NCBI RefSeq assembly: GCF_006345805.1
Contig: NC_043000.1
Span: 76,508,001 to 76,572,000, forward strand
Reading direction: 5' to 3'
Source of the DNA: Octopus sinensis
Taxonomy: Eukaryota
DNA length: 64,000 nucleotides
This document shows, one piece after another, positions 1-10,235 of the stretch. Positions within the stretch are counted from its first letter, which is position 1. Each line of letters starts with the position of its first letter. The translations under genes were made by a program, and so were the position numbers. The notes beneath the pieces are model-generated. The model worked only from the letters and a program-made list of their open reading frames with translations, ran no database searches and was not told the DNA's origin.

Positions 1-232
1 CATGTGAATGTGTAAGAAATTATACTACCACCATCTTCACTACTACCCGCCCCCACCACTACCATCACCACCACTACCACTAACTTCACCATTACTACCA
101 CTACCATCACCATCTCCACCATCATCACCGCAAGCACCACTATCACAATTGCCCCAACTCCACCATCAGCAGGATCCCCCACCACAACCATCACCATCAC
201 CACCACACTCCTACCACCTCATGAAGGTGTTA
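1..232. repeat. Low-complexity (CCA/CAC/CTA)-rich degenerate trinucleotide tract
   Basis: Degenerate ccacca/ctacca repeats; the Pro/Ser-rich ORF 8..298 is a by-product. Confidence 0.85.
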
Positions 233-1146
233 TTTCCAGTTATTAGTAAATCATATATCTCCCAACTCTTTCCCCTATTCCTATTAATCTTCGGCTAAAA
301 TGTTATCAAGACAAACATTTTTATTTTTATTTTGTTTGCAAATGTTTCGCATTTCTCAACACTAATCCTTTTCATATTATTTACATAGAGTCTTTCAAAT
401 TTGATTCAATGCCAGACGACAGGGTGACTCAAATCCTTGGCTTTTCTAGCAACAACTTGGCTTGGCTGGAGAACCAACAGTCTATCTGAGTAAATTTTGT
501 ATTCTACGTCTTGAGTTTAAATACTGTGGAAATCAATATATTGAAAAGTATATAATTTAGATGTTTTTCATATAGTTAGGACGAAAGGAATAGAAAAGCT
601 TGGAGACTAGGGGTACAGACGGTGGATACATGTGCCTCGTGAGGTTTGTCATGTTGGCGGGTGGAGATCATATTAGTAGCAAAGTTGCACTTCAAGGAAT
701 TTAGCCAGCACTTTGTATAAGGGAGTGTGCAGCCAGTAGGATGCACAGAAACTCCCTTTCTTTTTTAACGTGTACAAACATTAATCAACACACAATCATA
801 TGCACGTAAACGTTAACATACACATACATACACATTTATACAAACGAACAAACACAGCTTGGTGATGTTAATGACTGAATCATTCAACTGAGACTGAATT
901 GTGAAGTGTTTGCTTGACTCACAGATTCACTTTTGTTAGGTACAAGCCAATTAAGGCACATCTATGTAGTCACTACACCTGTTAGATATAGCAACCAAAT
1001 CTCCATTAGATTACACCCTACCATCTTACAAAGAGAAGGACACATTACAAACATATTTCCATATTACTCGATGGGAATGTCACGGCTGCAATACCTTTGA
1101 TTATAGGTTTCTCTATCAAGGCTAAACACCATTACAAGCTAAAGAA

Positions 1147-1156
1147 CTACTACTAC

Positions 1157-1188
<32 letters not shown>

Positions 1189-1250
1189 CTTCTTCTTCTT
1201 CTTCTTCTTCTTCTTCTTCTTCTTCTTCTTCTTCTTCTTCTTCTTCTTCT
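1147..1250. repeat. (CTA)n(TTC)n microsatellite
   Basis: Direct reading. Confidence 0.97.
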
Positions 1251-1678
1251 CACAACAGATTAAATTGTTGGAAAAGAAAAATTCCTAACATCGGGCTACA
1301 ACAAGTAACCTTAGATGCCGAGAACCCTCCTACGTATCCTATCCGTCCCTATTAACACTGTTTTATGGAACTGTACTAAACTAGGTTTTACACCTATTTC
1401 TTTTACCCATCTGTTCAAATCTTGAGGGATAGCTCCTAATGCACTTATAACTACTGGGATATATTCTACCCACACTTTTCATGGTATCTGTAATTCAATG
1501 GCTAGGTCCTGCTACTTTGCTATTTCCTCTATACCTCTCATTGATTTTCTTATCATTTGGGACTGTAAAGTCAATTGTCTGGTACTTTCTATTCTCTATA
1601 TCTACTACTACTAAATCAGGCTTCTAGCTTCTATTACTCTGTCAGTCTGAATGTTAAAGTTCCACAATGAATGTTAAA

Positions 1679-1680
<2 letters not shown>
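1251..1680 (-). mobile_element. R4/Dong-clade non-LTR retrotransposon 3' fragment (REL endonuclease), degenerate
   Basis: Minus-strand translation gives KPDLVVVDIENRKYQTIDFTVPND (PD..D REL motif) followed by a frameshifted C-terminus. Bounded by (TTA)n at 1681 and (TTC)n at 1250. Confidence 0.8.
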
Positions 1681-1723
<43 letters not shown>

Positions 1724-2470
1724 TACTTCTAATCTGCATGTTTGTTACAGTCACTTGCCGAGACACACACAGAGTCCTAGGGCGAGTGAAGGATAAGCGA
1801 TGTCACAGGATGAATGAAAGCTTGAGGAGGGGAAGTGGCAGGGATAGTAGCGAAATATCTTCATGTAATACAACACAGACATTTAAATCGATAAGATTTT
1901 TCTAAGGATGTTGGCAGTACTTGTTAGCACAATCTTTTGAATTTGTCTGAGACATGTTTTTCCTGGGATGTTGTCCAAATGTTTCTGACTACCCGTCTGA
2001 TAAGGGTACACTAGGCACATGCATCACAACCATATGTGCGCGACATGGTGATCTTATAAAAAGATAAACAGCACATGACCTTGCAGGTGGGGCCCAGTTA
2101 GAATTTTCTTCTGGTCGAGTAGCCTATCCCGCTCAAAAGGTCCCTGAATAAGGGTTGTTTAAGGATGTTGAACGAAACACCCATGTTTCCAGAGGTGAAT
2201 TATTCAAACCCCAAAGAATCTCTCTCAACACATGGCTATGATGCTCCCCCTACTACTTCTGTTCGTGATCAGAGATGCACACATCGTCAGCCACTAAGGG
2301 ACATGCTCAACTGGTTAAGGTCAAACAAGTGACAAGCAAATCTGTGGTATTGAGCAGAATATTTGCTGTAGCCCATTTTTTATACCAAGACAAAACGATG
2401 TACATAACACTTCCAATCAGTTAAGATCAGAAGCCATGAGAGCCACTGCCTGGTATTGCATCAGGACATT

Positions 2471-2472
<2 letters not shown>
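1724..2472 (-). mobile_element. Chimeric non-autonomous element: shared 5' module (2472-1987) plus R4-type 3' end (1986-1724)
   Basis: Module matches 2555-3245 (inverted) and 8500-9000. The 3' part translates KHLDNIPGKTCLRQIQKIVLTSTANILRKILSI* (R4-type C-terminus) and ends at the 1681-1723 tract. Confidence 0.75.

Positions 2473-2554
<82 letters not shown>
2473..2554. repeat. (TAA)n microsatellite between two inverted module copies
   Basis: Direct reading. Confidence 0.97.
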
Positions 2555-2558
<4 letters not shown>

Positions 2559-3245
2559 GCCCTGATGCAGTACCAGGCAGTGGCTCTCATGGCTTCTGAT
2601 CTTAACTGATTGGAAGTGTTATCATGTACATTGTTTTGTCTTGGTATAAAAGATGGGCTACAGCAAATATTCTGCTCAATACCAAATAAATGCCCTGATG
2701 CAGTACCAGGCAGTGGCTCTCATGACTTCTGATCTTAACTGATTGGAAGTGTTATCATGTACATTGTTTTGTCTTGGTATAAAAGATGGGCTACAGCAAA
2801 TATTCTGCTCAATACCACAGATTTGCTTGTCAGTTGTTTGACCATAACCAGTTGAGCATGTCCCTTAGTGGCTGACGATATGTGCATCTCTGATCACGAG
2901 CAGAAGTAGTGGGGGAGCATCATAGCCATGTGTTGAGAGGGATTCTTTGGGGTTTGAATAATTCACCTCTGGAAACATGGGTGGTTCTTTCAACATCCTT
3001 AAACAACCCTTATTCAGGGACCTTTTGAGCGGGATGGGCTACTCAACCTGAAGAAAATTCTAACTGGGCCCCACCTGCAAGGTCATGTGCTGTTTATCTT
3101 GATATGAGATCACCATGTCGCGCACATATGGTTGTGATGCATGTGCCTGGTGTACCCTTATCAGACGGGTAGTCATGATGGGTATATTGGGCTTCGTATA
3201 TTTTACCCCAGTGTCACTTTGATGGCATGCACTGCTCTCTCACTC
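2555..3245 (+). mobile_element. TAA-flanked non-autonomous repeat (shared 5' module) with ~133-bp 5' tandem duplication
   Basis: aaatgccctgatgcagtacc... starts at 2555 and again at 2688. (TAA)n on both sides; reverse complement of 1987-2472. Confidence 0.8.
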
Positions 3246-3267
3246 AATAATAATAATAATAATTAAT

Positions 3268-3808
3268 TCTTTTTATTGGCCACAAGGACTGACACACATG
3301 ATTAGAAAACATAAAGGGACAAAATAGGACGAAAAGTTACAAAGGGTTTTGTTCGTTTGTGAAAAAATCGTGTAAAAACAGTGTAACAATCAAATAATAT
3401 AACAACGAAAAACTCCCAATAGGGGGAGGCGCTTCGAAAGGTTCCTGGTGGAAAAAACCCCATAAAAGCCAACGCGAGCCTGGTCAAAAAGCGGGGTAGA
3501 GAGTCCCTTTTCTCCTTTGATAGTACCTTTTTGAATCACAGGCGAAACCTGAGAACGGGTCCATTTATACTGGCCATTCTCGCACAATTCACCCACCTTT
3601 CAGAAAACTTGCTATCGGACAGCACTCTCCTCTCTAACCTCATCTTCCTTTTCAAGTGAAACTTGAAAAAGTTGATGAGGTCTTGACCAAAGAGGAAAGT
3701 GTCTGACTTTAGCCCTTTCAAACGGGTCCACCATACAACCTCTTTCGCCACAGCCACTAGGCACAAGAAAACGGCCACGCCCTCCTTGTTAAAGGAGGTC
3801 GGCGGGGC
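3268..3808 (-). mobile_element. Tx1/L1-clade LINE, 5'-truncated 3' fragment (ORF2 C-terminus plus 3' UTR)
   Basis: APPTSFNKEGVAVFLCLVAVAKEVVWWTRLKG...FFKFHLKRKMRLERR aligns by eye with the ORF2 C-terminus at 21086-21350. aataaa-like 3' end. Confidence 0.85.
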
Positions 3809-3853
<45 letters not shown>

Positions 3854-3887
3854 CATCGTCGTTGTCGTCGTCGTCATCATCATCATC

Positions 3888-3919
<32 letters not shown>

Positions 3920-3926
3920 CACTATC

Positions 3927-3958
<32 letters not shown>

Positions 3959-3975
3959 CACTATTATTATTATTA
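3809..3975. repeat. Compound (AAT)n(GTC)n(ATC)n(ATT)n microsatellite
   Basis: Direct reading; source of the poly-M/I/S ORFs. Confidence 0.97.
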
Positions 3976-5388
3976 AGTAATCTTATTTTTATGACGTGCT
4001 TTCAATGCCCTACTGAGTGCAGCTCTGTGTGCCTTGAGTATGTACTGTAGTTTGTTGTGATGCTCTTATTTTTAGTGTATTGAAAGTGTTTTACGTAGGA
4101 TGTGTGCCCTGCCTAGTAGTGCCATTTTCTCTGTTATATATACATGTTTTTGTTATATATTTGTCTGAATATTTTCATTAACATACCTAATGCGCCTACT
4201 ATGATAGGAATTGTTTCTGTTTGTATACTCAACATTCGAGTTACCTGTATTTCCAGATCTTTGTATTTTGAAAGTTTCTCCGTTTCTTTTAGAGAAACAT
4301 TATCATCTGTTAGTGTTGATACATCGATTAAAAAGCATTTTTCTCTTGGTGACCTCAGACAACAATATCCGGTTTACTGGCCTTAATTTCTCTACCTGTG
4401 TGTATTGGCATATCCCAGAGTATGGTTGCTTTCTCATTTTCTGTGACCTTTCCTGGCATATGCCTATACCATCTTTTTTCTGTTGTTATTCCATATTGTT
4501 GGCATAGCTTCCATTATATATAGGTCTCAACTCTAGCCAGGACTGGGCAGCCAGAGACAATATGATTTATTGTTTTTTCTCTATCTCCACATATTCTACA
4601 GTTACTTGTATTTCTTTTCATTACATGTTTTTGGTAATTTTTGGTGGGGAGGCTTTGATCTTGTGCTGCAATTAAAAATCCTTCAATCTCTGCTTTGAGT
4701 CCTGAGCTTCTCAGTGATTGTTGGGATTTTGCTTTGTCTATTTCTTTCCTGTTTAGTTTAACCCAATATTTGCCATGAAGGAGCTTTTCTTGCTATCGTT
4801 TTATCAAGATCCGTTTCTGTTCCAGTTTTAGTTTGGATTTCAGTTGTTTTACAGCTTTTGTTGTTTCTTCTTTTTCTTCATAGCTGTTAGGTACTATAAC
4901 TTCTCTTTTGTATTTGTCAGCTTCCTTAAAAACTGAAAAGAGATTTTTGTTTTGTTCGTATTTTGTGACTATTTGTATTAATTTTCCTCACTTCTGAAGT
5001 AGGTATTTCTGTAGTTCTATGGTGGTTATTTTGTAATAGCTTTCTAACTGTATAAGATATGTACCATCTTCGTTGCATATGTCGGATTTTGGGTGGTGCA
5101 TCCTAAATCCTGTCATTATCTTTCTTGTTTTCCTGTCTATTTTGATTAGTTCATTTAGAGTCCAGTTAAAAATATTGCAGCTGTAACTTATAACTGGGAT
5201 GGCTATTATCTTGTTTTTTCTTTTGCCTTGAGCTCTGTTTTCAGTATTAATCTGGCTCGTCTATAGCATTCCGGTTTCTATCTTCTCTTTTATTTGTGTG
5301 CGTTGTATCGTATCTAGTTCATTGATTCCTAAGTATCTGAATGTTTGGCTTTAGTCTAATTCTCTTATTTCATTTGCTTTATCTAGTG

Positions 5389-5985
5389 TGTAACGAACTT
5401 AATGAGTGAATATCTTCTCTTGTACTTTCGGGGTACAAGAAAGCAATCACTAGCCGTTGCTTTAATAATCCAGAATTCTACCAGTCAGAAACAACAAGAC
5501 GCAGACGTAAAATATATATATATACTACTTTATTCTCTTTCTTGGTAACAATAACAATAAGTGGTTATCTGATGTCCTTGGTTCGGGGCGCGCAAGGCTG
5601 AAAGTTAATCGATTGTAATATTTACAATATTCAGCCGCTAAAACCAGAACGGGTTCAAGATGGCGTCGAACAGGGAAGTTGAATGTGGTCGGCAATAATT
5701 TGGTTAAAAGCTTTCGGCCGACTGCTATCAAAGCTGGACAGCGAGAATACACGTCCGTCTCCTTCGTCGCTGCCGTCCCAAGTCGCCGCTGCTGCTGGAC
5801 GCTGGTGGTCAACGTCTTACGACCCCCTTGCCTCGGCTAACTGCTACGTAGGCAAAAGGGTTCTTCTTCCGGTGCTTCGCGCATGCGCGAGAGGGCCCTT
5901 CCTCTCTCTGCCTTGGTAAAGGCACCAACACGCGCGAAATACAAATGGACGGTGCGCGAGCGCGCGCCGTTATAGGATCACTACA
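5389..5985 (-). repeat. 3' LTR
   Basis: tgtaacg...cactaca on plus; about 8 substitutions versus 7510-8106. PPT ggaggggag immediately upstream on minus (5989-5997). Confidence 0.95.
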
Positions 5986-7487
5986 AGGCTCCCCTCCAGT
6001 GCGTACGCACGAAAGGAAACTTATTGTAGTGACTGCAAAACTCAAGGTGGACACCAGATAACCAAATAGCACACAATAATATAATGGCAAAATTTATAAC
6101 ATACACAAGAAGTTTACTAAAGGAAAAAGAGAAAAAATACTCAATGAGCAAAAATCAAGAGTGCATGCATGAAAGTGTATACATCACAAAGTATAGAGCC
6201 TTCCGCTGTAGGAAGCGGAGGGAAAGCAAAACTCACAGTCAATGAACCTAGGCGAAATTAAATCCAACTTCTCTAAAGGTGGTTAATCCTGCAAAATAGC
6301 AGTTAAATCAATTGCTGCAGGAGAGGAAATGGAATTGACAGAAGCTCGCTAGTAACACAAAAGGCAAAAGTGCAAACATGCTGGTGTGATGCGCGACACA
6401 GATAATTTTCTGTTAATTACGTGACCAACAGTGGTCTAACAGGGAAAAATAATTACGCCTAAACATGGCGCAGCATGTGAACATCCGACGTCCTATGAGT
6501 CGGGAAAAGAATTAAGCTAGCGCAAACGTGTTGCAAAAAACAAGGCAATACACGTGCGAAGCAAGGCGCATGAAATGCAATAGTGCTTGCCAGACCAAAA
6601 AACAGCAAGAATATGCCAGTGGTTGAGCGATTATATGCCTCGTTCGTACAGGAACAAAGGTATGACATGCTGGCGCGTTATAATGGACAAACAACCCTCT
6701 CTATGTATACGTGACCGCTAGGGTCTATAGACATGAGGTGTGTCCACAAAAGGCAAATTTAGCATGGAAAAAACAAGCGAGAAAAGCATGTGTGACGTAT
6801 GTATGTGAGAGAGAGCATTTATGTGTGTGTACGTGTGTGCGACAGAAATACATACAAGGTGAATGCGAGCAAAATACAAAAAATACAGCGCATAGAAAAA
6901 ATGTCTCTCGGGGCTATTCCAGACAAGAGTTAATTTACCAGTCTGTAATAGCCTGAAGCACAATAGCAGTTCGTTCTGTAACAGAAATGTTGAAATCACA
7001 AAATGCAGATGCCGGTTGAACACATATCGTGTAACGGTTGTGGCTTCGATGCTGTGACAGGTTAACTGGAACAGAAGAATCTCGTAGATAGACGGTGCTG
7101 TTTATCCTTGGTGTGCATATGCACATACAGCGTGCACGCTAAAGTTCCGCGAGTTGCTATGTACATCTTGTGGAGGTCGACGGTGGTGGAGGAAGGCGAC
7201 TGTAGTGGACTTGAGACAACATCGTTCTTAGTGATGATGGTGACGAAGATAGCGACGACGTGAAGTAGAAAGACGACGATGGCGATGACGAAGGTGGAGA
7301 AAAGGCATCGAATATATGATGGCGTCCGTCATCATGGCTGTAGAATAAGAAAGAGGCTCCTTCTACAACTGTTTGTAGTGGCCGGAAACAAATCGTCGAA
7401 AGATGAATGCGTAGAGTTAAATCGTGTTCCGACTTCGCATAAAAACTGGATTTCTTTGTTGTTAAGTGATCTCTGGTTTTAGACCAG

Positions 7488-7508
7488 AATCACGTCGGGG
7501 GGTCACCA
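7488..7508 (-). promoter_or_regulatory. Primer-binding site complementary to the tRNA-Trp 3' end
   Basis: Minus strand TGGTGACCCCCCGACGTGAT starts 1 nt after the 5' LTR. Matches the eukaryotic tRNA-Trp 3' end (AUCACGUCGGGGUCACCA) with two extra C. Confidence 0.85.
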
Positions 7509-7509
7509 C

Positions 7510-8106
7510 TGTAACGAACTTCGTGAGTGAATATCTTCTCTTGCACTTTTGGCGTACAAGAAAGCAATCACTAGCCGTTGCTTTAATAATCCAGAATTCT
7601 ACCAGTCAGAAACAACAAGACGCAGACGTAAAATATATATATATACTACTTTATTCTCTTTCTTGGTAACAATAACAATAAGTGGTTATCTGATGTCCTT
7701 GGTTCGGGGCGCGCAAGGCTGAAAGTTAATCGATTGTAATATTTACAATATTCAGCCGCTAAAACCAGAACGGGTTCAAGATGGCGTCGAACAGGGAAGT
7801 TGAATGTGGTCGGCAACAATTTGGTTAAAAGCTTTCGGCCGACTGCTATCAAAGCTGGACAGCGAGAATACACGTCCGTCTCCTTCGTCGCTGCCGTCCC
7901 AAGTCGCCGCTGCTGCTGGACGCTGGTGGTCAACGTCTTACGAACCCCTTGCCTCGGCTAACTGCTACGTAGGCAAAAGGGTTCTTCTTCCGGTGCTTCG
8001 CGCATGCGCGAGAGGGCCCTTCCTCTCTCTGCCTTGGTAAAGGCACCAACACGCGCGAAATACAAATGGACGGTGCGCGAGCGCGCACCGTTATAGGATC
8101 ACTACA
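7510..8106 (-). repeat. 5' LTR
   Basis: Second copy of the 597-bp repeat, adjacent to the PBS. Confidence 0.95.
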
Positions 8107-8234
8107 AGTGTAATGTTGCTACTCTTAACTAGTTTCCCTCTTTTCAAGGTTGCTTTGGCATATTTTTCTGAGCCAGATTTCATGCTTATTTCTTTGGTAA
8201 ATCCATGTACTGTCTCTAGTAATGTTTCCAGCTG

Positions 8235-8293
<59 letters not shown>

Positions 8294-8294
<1 letters not shown>

Positions 8295-8999
8295 TCTCTT
8301 TAGCACAGGTTTTGTTGGAGCTCCTGGAGTCTTGCATTCGTTGCGGGCTTGCTACCTGTAGCCTACGGTACCATGTTAACCGCTCTTTTCGGCGATCTAA
8401 TGCTTTCCTGATTATTCTGGTCGTGCCAAAGAGGCAAACCTTTTGTAACAGTTCTACTGTGCACTCTATTCCAATTTCCTTTATATTCCCCTTGATGCAA
8501 TTATACGAAGTCCAATATACCTATCATGACTACCCGTCTGATAAGGGCTCACCAGACACATACATCACAACCACAAGTGCGCGACATGGTGATCTTATAT
8601 AAAGATAAATAGCGCATGACCTTGCAGGTGGGAACCCAGTTAGAATTTTCTTCAGGTTGAGTAGCCTATCCCGTTCAAAAGGTCCCTGAATAAGGTTTGT
8701 TTCAGGATGATGAACGGAACACCTATGTTTCGAAAGGTGAATTATTCAAACCCCAAAGAATTCTTCTCACACTACTCTCCCACTACATCTGCTCGAGATT
8801 AGAGATGCACATATCGTCTGCCACTGAGGGACATACTCAACTGGTTAAGGTCAAACAAGTGACAAGCAAATTTGGGGAATTGAGCAGAATATTTGCTGTA
8901 GCCCATATTTTATACCAAGACAAAACAATGTAAATGATAACACTTCCAATAAGTTAAGACGAGAAGCCATGAGAGCTACGGCCTGGTATTGCATCAGGC

Positions 9000-9000
<1 letters not shown>
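8294..9000 (-). mobile_element. Chimeric non-autonomous element: shared 5' module (9000-8500) plus a different R4-type 3' end
   Basis: Module as at 1987-2472. The 3' part translates IGIECTVELLQKVCLFGTTRIIRKALD (cf. the R4 C-terminal QKxxLLGTAxILRxxL pattern). ATT tracts on both sides. Confidence 0.75.
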
Positions 9001-9037
<37 letters not shown>

Positions 9038-9056
9038 TATTATTATTATTATTATT

Positions 9057-10062
9057 CAGTAGTTTTATTTTTATAGCGTGCTTTCACTTCACTACCGAGC
9101 GCAGCTCTGTGTGCCTTGGGTATGTGCTGTGATTTGTTGTGATGCTTTGATGGTTATTGTATGGAAAGTGTTCTGCGTAGGATGTGTGCAGTGCCTAGTA
9201 GTGCAATTTTCTGTATGTTATATGTGTTTGTAAGTCCTGGTGTTTTTGTTATGTATTTGTCTGAATTATTTCTGATATTTTTTTGGCTTTGAGAATGTAT
9301 CTTCGTACGTTTGCTAATTTATTAGGGTTCATTGCTGTATCCAAGTCTATATCTCTATTATTTTCCTTCCATATTTTATATGTATGTGTTGTTGTATTTT
9401 CATTTTGTGGGTAGAGCATTGCTGTGAAGTATGCGTGTAAGATAGAAATGTATTCCTCACGTGTCCATTTACGTCTTTTGGGTTTTAATTGCGGGACATG
9501 AGGTACAACGTCCGGCCCATTATTTTGACGGTCGTCATTTTCGTAGGGTACCGGTCCGTTTATTTCTGTTGTCACATTATTTCGCACGTGTAGTTTTTCG
9601 TACATTTTTTGTTGTAGGTTTAATGTACGTACCGCTCGATTGTTATTCTTGGGTTGAATAGTATCGGTGGCATTTAATTTCTTCGTAGTTCCTTTGTACA
9701 TGGTGTTTGAGGTCGGAGATGATCATGTTGTTCCACGCATGTTTACATGTGTTGTGTTAGAGGTGGAGATAATATCGAGTCAAAATACATCATTTCGTTT
9801 CGAAAATAGTAATAAATTTCAATTCGTATTACTTACTCGGATATAGTCCAATTCTTTGTTAGTAAATCTTTGGCTCCATAGGGTGTCCTTGTTTTCGATG
9901 TTTGTGGATAGATTTCGGAGCTCTGTATTTTCCTTCTTACATCTTAAACGTCCCCGGTGTCTTCTCTTCTAAACGTCCCCGGTGTCTTCCTTCTAAACGT
10001 CCCCGGTGTCTTCCTTCTAAACCTCCCCGGTGTCTTCCTTCTAAACGTCCCCGGTGTCTTCC

Positions 10063-10064
<2 letters not shown>
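9057..10064 (-). mobile_element. Internally deleted R4/Dong element retaining both termini
   Basis: The ORF N-terminus (KRRKWTREEYISILHAY...NKLANVRRYILK, 9701-9270) is joined directly to the C-terminus (IQKIALLGTAHILRRTLSIQ*) and a 3' UTR homologous to 3976-4150. (ATT)n on both sides. Confidence 0.82.
9945..10064. repeat. Five tandem copies of a 24-bp unit (taaacgtccccggtgtcttccttc)
   Basis: Direct reading; no spacers; lies at the 5' end of the deleted R4 element. Confidence 0.95.
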
Positions 10065-10094
<30 letters not shown>

Positions 10095-10095
10095 C

Positions 10096-10159
<64 letters not shown>

Positions 10160-10188
10160 TAGCAGCAGCAGCAGCAGCAGTAGTAGTA

Positions 10189-10214
<26 letters not shown>
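10065..10214. repeat. Compound (ATT)n(CAG)n(TAG)n microsatellite
   Basis: Direct reading. Confidence 0.95.

Positions 10215-10235
<21 letters not shown>

Larger units (their letters stand above)
5389..8106 (-). mobile_element. Non-autonomous LTR retrotransposon (Gypsy-like by 4-bp TSD), two 597-bp LTRs and ~1.5-kb non-coding interior
   Basis: Direct repeats 5389-5985 and 7510-8106 with TG...CA termini. TSD AGTG at 5385-5388 and 8107-8110. PBS and PPT present on the minus strand. Confidence 0.95.
3976..8236 (-). mobile_element. 5'-truncated R4/Dong-clade retrotransposon (RT C-terminal part plus REL endonuclease), interrupted by an LTR element
   Basis: 8236-8107 reads QLETLLETVHGFTKEISMK...KRGKLVKSSNITL and continues at 5388 (DKANEIRELD...YLGI). 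Further on: AIPVISYS, a CRIC zinc-knuckle remnant, WDMPIHT...KPDIVV...IDVSIP...KYKDL. Both ends abut ATT tracts. Confidence 0.88.

Noticed and set aside
389-490. Exon-like segment with AG/GT boundaries
   Set aside because: All three frames contain a stop before the donor.
5525-8040. Duplicated 95-aa and 78-aa ORFs as paralogous genes
   Set aside because: They lie wholly within the two LTRs and have no recognisable motifs.
9945-10064. CRISPR-like regular repeats
   Set aside because: The units are contiguous with no unique spacers, the context is eukaryotic, and there are no cas genes.
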